Source of the DNA: an uncultured Leptospirales bacterium
GTDB lineage: Bacteria > Spirochaetota > UBA4802 > UBA5550
DNA: 64,000 bases
NCBI GenBank assembly: GCA_964450405.1
Contig: CAYVCQ010000015.1
Span: 12,327-76,326 of the forward strand
Direction: 5' to 3'
Position numbers and translations under genes: made by a program. Positions 1 through 9,100 of this stretch are shown here, piece by piece. The notes beneath the pieces are model-generated. The model was not told where the DNA came from. It ran no database searches and worked only from the letters and a program-made list of their open reading frames with translations. Positions within the stretch are counted from its first letter, which is position 1; every line of letters starts with the position of its first letter.

Positions 1-1086
1 AGAGAGATCAGTGTCCACTTTATGGGTGATGATACAGAAACTTTGAAAAAGATAGCCCGTGAAGCGGCGTCCCGCATTAAATCAATTGAGGGTATGGGTG
101 AATGCTATCTCCGTTTTCGCGAAGGGAGACCTGAATATTGTCTTTCACTCGACAGAGATAAGAGCAGTATGAGCGGAGTGACTGCTTCGGCTGTTTCCGA
201 AAGAATCAGAGGCGGACTATTTGGACCTGTAGCGACAAAATTCATTGAAAAAGGACGGGAGATAGATGTACGGGTAAGACTTGCCGAGGGTGACCGTGAT
301 ACTATAAGTAATATAATGTCAGGTGTGGTAAAAAACCGGAAAAGTGAAGATGTTCCGCTCTCTGAAATTCTCACCTTATCCGAAGGAACAGCGCCCACCC
401 GTATTTACAGAATGAATGGCCGGAGATCTCTTTCAGTTACCGCTAAACCGGATACCATTTCTCTGGATGAAAGCGAGTACAGAATTAAACAGACTCTTGA
501 TGCAATGGGACTTCCGGAAGAATATTCATATGAGTTTGACGCTAAAATAAAAGAGTTTAAGAAGGAGAGAACCGAGCTTGCAATTGCTGCTTTCGTTTCA
601 ATTCTTGTTGTATATATGATACTTGCCTCACTCTTTGAGTCGCTGCTTCTTCCATTTCTTATAATGATATCCATACCGTTAGCCGCCGCCGGTGCTGTAC
701 CTGTATTATTCATCACGGGTGTGCCTGTCTCACCCCCGGTATTTATGGGTTTTATTATGCTGGCAGGGATTGTTGTAAATAATGGTATATTACTTATAGA
801 ACCGGTGAACATCGCTTTCCGGTCTGGTGAACTTACCAATGAAACTCTTGAGGAAAAAATAAGAAAAGTCGCTCTACGGAGGTTCAGACCGGTAATGCTT
901 ACGGTTATGTCAACGGTTTTCGGCATGGTTCCTCTTCTCTTTGGTGGAGGAGAGGGGAGTTCTCTTTGGGTCCCATTTGCTCTTACGGTAACATCAGGTC
1001 TTATGTTCTCAACATTACTTACACTGGCAGTACTGCCGCTGCTCAGTTTTAAATTTTATAGAAAGATGATGAGGAGAGAAGTGTGA
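1..1086 (+). CDS. RND (AcrB/AcrD/AcrF-type) efflux permease, C-terminal ~360 aa; 5' end is outside the window
   Basis: Frame 1 is open from nt 1 to the TGA at 1084-1086. The C-terminal TM bundle has RND-typical strings (LASLFESLLLPFLIM, GFIMLAGIVVNNGILLIE, RRFRPVMLTVMSTVFGMVPL). Confidence 0.85.
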   Translation, partial: REISVHFMGDDTETLKKIAREAASRIKSIEGMGECYLRFREGRPEYCLSLDRDKSSMSGVTASAVSERIRGGLFGPVATKFIEKGREIDVRVRLAEGDRDTISNIMSGVVKNRKSEDVPLSEILTLSEGTAPTRIYRMNGRRSLSVTAKPDTISLDESEYRIKQTLDAMGLPEEYSYEFDAKIKEFKKERTELAIAAFVSILVVYMILASLFESLLLPFLIMISIPLAAAGAVPVLFITGVPVSPPVFMGFIMLAGIVVNNGILLIEPVNIAFRSGELTNETLEEKIRKVALRRFRPVMLTVMSTVFGMVPLLFGGGEGSSLWVPFALTVTSGLMFSTLLTLAVLPLLSFKFYRKMMRREV

Positions 1087-1170
1087 AAAATCATGTTCAG
1101 AATCTATTAATTCTTTACAAGAACCGTTTTCTCCAACACTCATCACCCCCCATGCCTCCCGGAGGGTAAC

Positions 1171-1288
1171 CCCCCTATCCCCCGGAGGGGGCACCGAGTA
1201 TATCAGTTATTATTGTTATGATCCATAAATTCATTAATAATTTCCCTCTTGCGTGCCCCCTCCGGGGGATAGGGGGCAGGAAGGTTTG
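1171..1288. mobile_element. Miniature (MITE-like) derivative of the DUF559 element at 42281-42608, opposite orientation
   Basis: Terminal inverted repeats ccccctatcccccggagggggcac (1171-1194) and gtgccccctccgggggatagggggcagg (1253-1280). The subterminal sequences match both ends of the 42.3 kb element by eye. There is no ORF between them. Confidence 0.6.
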
Positions 1289-1435
1289 GTCAAGTATCGA
1301 ATTGCGATTTGAGATGTGGGTAGTTGTTAGCCTCCGGGGGTTAGGGGGCTATTGAGGCCGGGGATTTTCAGGTTTAGAATAGGAAAAAATATATCAGTTA
1401 ATGCATGTGTACAAATTAGTAAAAAGGAAAAAAAT

Positions 1436-2974
1436 ATGAAACGAAATCTCGTACTACTTTTATTAGCCGCATGTTCATTCTTTACTCTGACTTCATGTTC
1501 AAAGGATTTTGAAACACTGAGTATAACTTCATGCACACCTGTGAATAATACACAGGGTATTCTTCCTGAATTTTATGCAGAGATCGAGTTCAACAATGAA
1601 GTTAACCGTACTGACATCGAAGAGAACTTCAGCTTAAGCGGAAGCAGTGATGTTGCCGGGAGCTTCCAGTGGCTATCGGGAAGTAAATTCAGATTTGTTC
1701 CCTCTAATCCTGTGACAAAAACAGGGAGATACATCATTGAATTACCAAGAAGTGTCCGGGATAAAGATGGCAATACAATGGATACTGATTTTATATCCGA
1801 TTTTTATATAGGCAGCGATTTTACACCGCCGGCAGTAATTTCATCCGACCCCGCTTTTACAATCGGTGCAGATGATAACATTCCGGTTAATAGGAATATT
1901 ACCGTAAATTTCTCAAAGAGCATGAACCGTGAAAGTGTGGAAAAAGCCTTCAGTATAACACCCGATGTTTCGGGTTACTTTGTCTGGGGAGAAAATGTTC
2001 CCGGATTAACCGACAGCAGAGTTACATATACCCTGCTTTCGAATATGACATACGGAAAGTTATACTCATTTACTGTTTCGAAAAGTGCAAAAGATACCGC
2101 GGGTAATTCACTCAGCGGTGACTATAGGGTAAATTTTATCACTGGGGTGGACTTTACTCCTCCGCATGTTGATGGAATTTATGATTCAACTACTGCATCC
2201 GTTTATTGGACTCCCGGGATTGTTAATGATGCTGTGACAAGAAATGTAAAAATAGCTGTAGATTTCTCTGAGCCTATGGACAGGCCGAGTGTTGAAAGTG
2301 CGTTTTCAATAACACCATCAGTGCAGGGGAATTATCAGTGGGATAGTGACACAAAACTGATTTTTACTCCATCAGCTCCTCTTAATCCTGAAACAAATTA
2401 TCAGATCTATATAGATAAAACCGCAAAAGATATAAACGGGCTTAAGCTTAACTTTATTTTTAATGTAGAGATAAAAACATCCGGACTGAATTCCCAATAT
2501 GTTAAATGCGGTAATATTTCAGGTTCGGCAGATGGTGCTACATTTACTCTGTTTTCAACAGGTATACCAGCAGCGTCAGCATGGCCGTTAATTATAACAA
2601 TGGGGCCGTTGATTCCTGAACCGCTTCCACAGGGACCGGAGCAGGATTACTATATTATGATACAGTTTGTATCCGCGCTTGTGCCGTATACCCCGGTTAA
2701 TGTAAATAAATATTCAGTTATTGATAATGTACGGATTGAAACATTTAAGTCGGGACCTGTTGGTGTCAATGTTGCATCGGCAAGTATCGTCGGTATTACC
2801 TGGATTGATAACAGCACTGTCGTTTTTAAATTTAATCCGTTGACCAATAAACTTCTTCTGCATAGTCCGGCACTTTACAGACTTACTCTGGCGGGTGGGA
2901 GCAGTGGTATTAAAGATACTTTCGGAAATTATGCAGAAAAAGATATTGTATTTGAATTCAGGGAGGCACTATAA
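1436..2974 (+). CDS. Lipoprotein with repeated SbsA/Big_5-type Ig-like domains
   Basis: ATG at 1436 preceded by AAGGA. Signal peptide plus lipobox (FFTLTSC). Repeated motif FSKSMNRESVEKAFSITPDVSGYFVW / FSEPMDRPSVESAFSITPSVQGNYQW. Confidence 0.75.
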   Translation: MKRNLVLLLLAACSFFTLTSCSKDFETLSITSCTPVNNTQGILPEFYAEIEFNNEVNRTDIEENFSLSGSSDVAGSFQWLSGSKFRFVPSNPVTKTGRYIIELPRSVRDKDGNTMDTDFISDFYIGSDFTPPAVISSDPAFTIGADDNIPVNRNITVNFSKSMNRESVEKAFSITPDVSGYFVWGENVPGLTDSRVTYTLLSNMTYGKLYSFTVSKSAKDTAGNSLSGDYRVNFITGVDFTPPHVDGIYDSTTASVYWTPGIVNDAVTRNVKIAVDFSEPMDRPSVESAFSITPSVQGNYQWDSDTKLIFTPSAPLNPETNYQIYIDKTAKDINGLKLNFIFNVEIKTSGLNSQYVKCGNISGSADGATFTLFSTGIPAASAWPLIITMGPLIPEPLPQGPEQDYYIMIQFVSALVPYTPVNVNKYSVIDNVRIETFKSGPVGVNVASASIVGITWIDNSTVVFKFNPLTNKLLLHSPALYRLTLAGGSSGIKDTFGNYAEKDIVFEFREAL

Positions 2975-4431
2975 TGAAAAACTTTATTTTTCTGCCATTG
3001 TTTATTTTTCTCCTGGGATGTGAATCAAAACTGGATTTTGATTTTGAGAGACCGGAGGTTGTAGCGGTCTCTCCGGCGCATAACAGTACTCTTGTTCCAG
3101 CAGGATCCCGTGTTACTGTCGATTTCAGTAAACCGATGGATACCATAAAGACAAACAATGAGTTTTCATTAAACAGTGACTCTGGGAAAGTTGAAGGTGT
3201 ATTCGCCTGGGAGAACGGAGGAACAAAGCTTATTTTTACCCCGAGGGAGAATCTCTCAATGTCGGATAAATTTACTATACGCGTTAAAAAAGGTGCCGAG
3301 GATGCTGATGGGAATGATTTAAAAGAGGAGTTTGTTTCAATGTTCTTCATCAACGGTGAGAACGGCTCCCCTTATATAACCTCGTACACACCTCTTGCGG
3401 ATTCTATAGCAAATCTTCCAGGTTCACAGATAGTTATAACATTCACGGAGCCCGTGGATCTTAATTCAATATATAATTCTATCTCTATTTCGCCATCAAT
3501 ACAGGGGAGATTTACCTGGAACGCCGGGGTTGCAGATTCAACGGTAATTACATTTATACCTCTCTACGCATTTGATTACGGAACTACATATACTGTAACC
3601 GTAAGTGATTCAATACTGGATGTTAGCGGCAACAGGTTGAGGGAGCCTGTGACATTTAATTTTACAGTTGGAGATGATTTTATCAAACCGGAACTGGCTG
3701 TATCTCAGGATCTCGCGCAGGCTCCGCTGCTTAATTTTGCTGAAGCTTTAATTACTCATGGAGCGGAGAAGAATAACCGGTTAGTTCTTAGATTTACAGA
3801 AATTATAAGCACTGATAATTTAAGAAGCGCCATAAGCATTTCGCCATCTGCCGGTTTTTATGTGAGCAGCGAGGTTCTTGCAGGAGCAACCACTGCGTAT
3901 ATAAATTTTACTGATAAACTGGTATCTGAAGAGATCTATACACTCCGGGTAAATTCAAGCATAACCGATGTTCAAGGGAACCCTCTAGTAAGGGATTACA
4001 GATATGTTTTTGTAACCGATGGAGTTAACTCTATAGCGCCTGTTGTTAGCGGAATAGGGGATCTTCTCCCTTTTCTTTACTGGACTAAGGGGGACATACA
4101 GCCACTTGCTCAACAGATTGCCAATCCGCTTTCTTATCCGGATATAATTGTGGATTTTACATCGGGGAATATCGGTCCGTTAGTTGAGATTGATCCGTTA
4201 TCACTGTCAATGTATATCGAGCTTGTGGCAGGCACAGGGGCTGGCGGATCGATCATTAATATAGATTGGCCAAACGGACCGCCGGCAAAATTCACAAGAC
4301 TTAAATTCGGTTTATACGGTATTGGTGCGGGTAATATTTATAAGATAGTAATCAAGGGTGGAAAGAGCGGCTTAAAGGACATGAGGGGGAATTATATGAA
4401 ACAGGATTTTGTGCAGATGATTATGTTTTAA
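2974..4431 (+). CDS. Paralogous Ig-like (SbsA/Big_5-type) domain lipoprotein
   Basis: TAATG 1-nt overlap with the upstream gene. Lipobox FLLGC. Motifs FSKPMDTIKTNNEFSL..GVFAWENGGTKLIFTP and FTEPVDLNSIYNSISISPSIQGRFTW. Confidence 0.75.
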   Translation: MKNFIFLPLFIFLLGCESKLDFDFERPEVVAVSPAHNSTLVPAGSRVTVDFSKPMDTIKTNNEFSLNSDSGKVEGVFAWENGGTKLIFTPRENLSMSDKFTIRVKKGAEDADGNDLKEEFVSMFFINGENGSPYITSYTPLADSIANLPGSQIVITFTEPVDLNSIYNSISISPSIQGRFTWNAGVADSTVITFIPLYAFDYGTTYTVTVSDSILDVSGNRLREPVTFNFTVGDDFIKPELAVSQDLAQAPLLNFAEALITHGAEKNNRLVLRFTEIISTDNLRSAISISPSAGFYVSSEVLAGATTAYINFTDKLVSEEIYTLRVNSSITDVQGNPLVRDYRYVFVTDGVNSIAPVVSGIGDLLPFLYWTKGDIQPLAQQIANPLSYPDIIVDFTSGNIGPLVEIDPLSLSMYIELVAGTGAGGSIINIDWPNGPPAKFTRLKFGLYGIGAGNIYKIVIKGGKSGLKDMRGNYMKQDFVQMIMF

Positions 4432-4445
4432 TAATATCAGAGATG

Positions 4446-4583
4446 CACCGCCCCTCTGCCCGCCCCCTCTGCCCTGCGGGCATCTCCCTCATGAATGGGA
4501 GGAGAGGTGATAGAAAATATTTAGTATCATTCCTTGCCCCATTAATGGGGAAAGGTGGCCGTAGGACGGATAGGGGCGGGGAG
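4446..4583. repeat. GC-rich palindromic intergenic element (outer inverted repeat plus two internal hairpins)
   Basis: ccgcccct...aggggcgg outer inverted repeat. Internal hairpins ctccctcatgaatgggag and ccttgccccattaatggggaaagg. Strongly GC-rich against AT-rich flanks. Confidence 0.5.
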
Positions 4584-4691
4584 TTTTTAACATTATTACG
4601 TCCATAAAATGAATTTAGATTCAGGTTCGAGTTTCATATCAAAAAAAGAGTTGAAAAAATGATAGCATATATGCTATCATGGCGGAGATGA

Positions 4692-4928
4692 ATGCATAGA
4701 GATATTTTCAGCGATATAACAGATGTTAAGTTTATAGATCTTCTGAAAATCTGTAAAAACCATTTTGGATTTCCATTAATCATTGGGAGCCACTATATAT
4801 TTGAAACTCCATGGGTGAATGATCCGGTAATAAACATTCAGGAAGACGGAATCTTTGCAAAACCATATCAGGTTATAATTGTTAAAGAAGCATTAGATAA
4901 ACTGGAGGCGCAGAATGAAAGGCATTAA
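4692..4928 (+). CDS. hicA: HicA-like toxin (putative mRNA interferase)
   Basis: 78-aa ORF overlapping the hicB start by 14 nt. Conserved GSH string (IIGSHYIF) and AKPYQV motif, typical of HicA partners of HicB. Confidence 0.55.
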   Translation: MHRDIFSDITDVKFIDLLKICKNHFGFPLIIGSHYIFETPWVNDPVINIQEDGIFAKPYQVIIVKEALDKLEAQNERH

Positions 4929-5271
4929 AAAGGATAAGTCAATTGCTCAGAACTATGACATCGAAAAATATACATACCGGATTGAATGGTCCGAAGTTGA
5001 TCATGCTCATATAGGCAGATGTTTAGAGTTCCCATCATTGGCAGCACATGGAAAGAGTGCAGATAAGGCACTAAATGAGATAGAATTTTTAGTTGGTGAG
5101 ACAATTAGAATCATGGATTTGGAAAAACAACCAGTTCCTGAATCATTCGGTCTGAAAAAGTTTAAAGGTAATCTGACGCTGAGAATATCTTCTGAAATGC
5201 ACAGGTATCTCGCTATCCGTTCCGCCGAGGAAGGTGTATCTGTGAACCAGTATATCGTCTCGAAACTGTAA
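4915..5271 (+). CDS. hicB: HicB-family antitoxin with C-terminal ribbon-helix-helix
   Basis: YRIEWSEVDHAHIGRCLEFPSLAAHGKSADKALNEI (HicB RNase-H-like fold). The C-terminal part LRISSEMHRYLAIRSAEEGVSVNQYIV is a CopG/Arc-like RHH. Confidence 0.8.
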   Translation: MKGIKKDKSIAQNYDIEKYTYRIEWSEVDHAHIGRCLEFPSLAAHGKSADKALNEIEFLVGETIRIMDLEKQPVPESFGLKKFKGNLTLRISSEMHRYLAIRSAEEGVSVNQYIVSKL

Positions 5272-5315
5272 TTCATAAAATTATAAAGACATAATAATTG
5301 ATATAAATAAAATAA

Positions 5316-6149
5316 ATGAAAAACTTAATCTACATAGTAATAATTCTATTACAGGGTGTTTCGCTATTCGCCTCTGCTGATAGAGCTATGTTATCTAAAA
5401 CTGAACTTAATGCCTTCGAATATAACCTGAAGACAGATACCGCGGAGGAGATAACCGCATCGTGGGAGAAAGACTCTGAAGCGAAACTTGTGGGTGAAAG
5501 GGTACTCTCTGATTTGAGAAATAACGTTGAGCATGGTTTAGCGATGAATGCCTTTTGTTCGTCTGAATCAATAGAAAAAATAATCGCTTTAAGAATACTC
5601 GCGGCTGATATAATTTCATCAGTCAACTCATCCAAAAAGATATCTAATCACAATACCAGAGGACGCATAGAATCAATAGTAGCGGCGGAGATACTTGCTA
5701 AGACAGGGAGAATTTCAATCACTCCTCTAACTCAGCGTGAGCTAAAACTGATTGACTCTGCGGAAAATATAAATCTTTCAAATGATATTTTCTCAGCCAG
5801 AGTTCTGACCTCCGGGAATATCCCAATTCCTGAATATGCATCATCTGTACCGTGTGTTACAATACCCGCGCAAACTTTTAATAAACTTAAATCGCATCCT
5901 GAAAAGAAGAATACGTTAGTATATAACTCAACCTATATAGAGTGCAGAAAAAATCTCTATGACAATGAATTTGCCGATCTTTACAAGCTGTTTCTATACG
6001 TCCGTGATAACAGCGCAAACGGTAAAACGTTTTTTTTAAAATATAATAAGTTTCCCTTCATCACCATTCAACCACTATTCAATTTAACTCGATATAAAAA
6101 CACCTCAACAACAAACAACGAAATTATACAACCAGGAGCACCCTCATGA
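5316..6149 (+). CDS. Hypothetical secreted protein, translationally coupled to the giant gene
   Basis: N-terminal signal peptide (IVIILLQGVSLFASAD). Its stop TGA (6147-6149) overlaps the ATG (6146-6148) of the giant gene. No recognisable domain. Confidence 0.65.
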   Translation: MKNLIYIVIILLQGVSLFASADRAMLSKTELNAFEYNLKTDTAEEITASWEKDSEAKLVGERVLSDLRNNVEHGLAMNAFCSSESIEKIIALRILAADIISSVNSSKKISNHNTRGRIESIVAAEILAKTGRISITPLTQRELKLIDSAENINLSNDIFSARVLTSGNIPIPEYASSVPCVTIPAQTFNKLKSHPEKKNTLVYNSTYIECRKNLYDNEFADLYKLFLYVRDNSANGKTFFLKYNKFPFITIQPLFNLTRYKNTSTTNNEIIQPGAPS

Positions 6150-9100
6150 AAAAAAGGATAACCTTATTATCTGCTATATTCCTATGCTTTTTTACCGCGC
6201 CATTTTTGATTTTTGGAACTTCTCTTTCGGCTGAATTTAAATTTAAAGAGTTTAAAAGCGACCGTGAGAAATTTGAGAGATATACAAGCGAAGCTGAGAA
6301 GAGTGTAAATGAACAGCAGTGGCAGAATATACTAGATTCCGGAAAGCAGGAGATGCTTGCAGACTGGGAGAGGAGTGCGGATTCCGAAAGGGAGAGGTAT
6401 ATCCGGGAGGGAGCTGCTGATAATGAAGTTCGTGTGAGTTTGGAGGAGTCCCGTGCAGCATGGGAGAATGACTACGAAAAGGCCGAGTCCGGAGCAAAGG
6501 GTTCATGGTATATAAAAAGGGAGAAACTTGTATTTGAGGATATAGATTTTTCGCTGTTAAGAGAGATCGTTGAAAACGCAGGGAAAGACAGTAATGTAAC
6601 TAATGTAACTAATGTGGCTCAGTGGGACAGTTTTGTAAGCAGTTCACTTGCCGGAGTAAATTCTGCATGGGATTTAAAGTTTCTTCCGCCGCTGAGCAAT
6701 CTGAGGAGCAAAGGTGATATTTTAACCGGTGAAGAAAAGGCAGGCTTTGAAGCGGAGCTTGCCGCATTTGAAAATGATCTAAGGAAAAAATTCGAGGTAG
6801 AACGCAATACTATTCTCTATAGCGGACGTAATATTTTTATTACAGAGCTTATGGTGGATACTACTTCTCTCCGATACCAGAGTGATAAAGAGAGTGCCGA
6901 TGCCGCTACAGACAATCTGATAAAGGATGTAAAGAGTGATTTAAAAACCGAAGAAGATAAAATACTAAATAGAAGCTATAACAGCGAGGGGCAGAGTCCG
7001 GTAGATTTTTCCAGCATGGGGGATAACTGGGAGGAGGAGCTGAAACAGCTTGTCAACACCGGTATGGAGAAGTGGAACGCCACCCTTGATAGATTATATC
7101 AGCAGATGCTTAACTGGAAACAGAGCGCCGAGGATGCCTATAACAGCGCCGAGGCGATATGGTTAAAATCGGCCGAGAAACTTGGACTTGCGCGGCTTGA
7201 GTGGGAGGCTAAACTAAGTAAAGAGATAAATGAATCACTTGATAAATGGAAGAGTGAAGAGTCTGAACTTACGGTTAACATAGAGCGCTCGAGAGAGGAT
7301 TTCAGCAGTTACATGAACAACCTCTCCAGTCAGTGGGATGACCACAGCAGCGGACTGATTGATATGGCTGTAAACGGTTCGAAGGTATATGCCGAGTCTC
7401 TTGATAATATAAAATGGCTTCAGGAGATGGCTCTTAAGTGCACCAATCAGGGGGCCTTTAACAGTGAAAGCGATATAACGCCATATTTATCTCCGGAGAT
7501 TTTAGCAGATATTTCAAGTGTGATGGAACAGTATCCATGGATTGGTAATAATTATAAATATAGAGCAAAATTTAACGGCAGTACATTAAACAGTGACGGC
7601 ACAATACTTACGGAGAATTACACTGTTGATATGTTATTCTCATTTCCAAAATCTGATTATTTTCCAGCTGGATTTGAGTTTACTATGAAAAGCTATTCCT
7701 GGGATAATGTGGTCACTGACGGATCAGATGCAGTGAGGAAATCGACCTATTTCTACTATAAGACCGAGCTTGAGAGATGGAAAAAAATAGAGACTTCTTT
7801 TTCAGGAATTGCACATGACGCAGAATTATACATGCATGAAAAGAATATGCTTGGACAGGGGGGGCCGGGCTATTTGAATAACGCAGGTGGTAGTGATCCA
7901 TATCTGATGACGGATGCCGAGTTTGCACTGGAGGTTTCATCAAGAGATAGAGATTTCTGGCAGAGGAGACTTGATATAGCGAGGGCAGTTCTTGATTACG
8001 CCGGAGCGACTAAGCGTGAGGGTGCTGCAGCAACCGAGGCAAATAAAGTAAATGCCAAAACCGCAATGGATAGCGCAAAGGCACTGTACGAAACAACACT
8101 TAATGAAGTACAGGACATTGTCGTAAGGCTGAATGCGCTGCAGGGTAAAAAACCCGCCGAGGCAAGAAATGCATTAAACGCCGCAGAGTGGGACGCCTAT
8201 CTGACCAGCATAGAATATCTTACACAAAATTTCACTGAAGCGAATCAGGCGTTAAAAATTGCAGATGAGGATTATACTCTGCGCAAGAGAGCGCTAATAT
8301 ATTTAGAAAATGGCGAGGATAGCAGTATTATCAAAAAAGAGATTGAGGGGCTTGAGCGGAACATCCTTCAATCTGATAGGGCACTATATGTGAAACAGGT
8401 TGAGCTGTATAAAACAGAAATGAATAACGAATTTTCCAGAAGGAGTGCCGGATTTGCTCAGAATTATGAAACTGCCGTAAAGAATTTTGAAGAATCTAAA
8501 CTAAGATTTAATAATCTCAAAAATATTCTCACCGGCGATGAGAGTGATGCAGCCCTTGTATCCTGGGGTGAAAACATTGTATCGGCTAAAGAAAATATAT
8601 GGGAAAAAGAAGCAGCCGTTTATTACGGGAATATTATTCAGAATCTGATTTCCGGTTTTAACGGAGCCGCCGGTAATGATAAGATTTTAAAAGGGGAACA
8701 ACTATCGGCATTTATAAGAAATATCTATTTTGATCTACAGGGTAATGTGAAGAGCAGTGAGATGATAGTATCGACTCTGCACGATAATAATTTTGATCCT
8801 GATTTATTTCTTAAAAGCAGCTACAGCGATGATCAGGCAGCATATGAAAATTATGCTGAAACATCTGTAAAGGCACTTGAGATTGTGGATAGCGCCTTTG
8901 AGTTATTTAAAAATGACAGCAGTAAACAGAATTATAACTCAATATTAGACTGGCTTAAAACTGAACTTGCAAAAGAAAAGTATACATACAACGCTCCTAA
9001 TTCTTCGTATATGGAACACTACACAGCCCTTAAATATTTTGAAGAAAACTTCCACGGACTTACACCTGAAGCATGGGAGAGCAGCCGCGACAGGCTCGAC

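Noticed and set aside
6590-6615. A short tandem repeat taatgtaac x2-3 (encoding VTNVTNV) inside the giant gene.
   Set aside because: It is too short to be meaningful. It could at most be a slippage-prone site and it keeps the reading frame.
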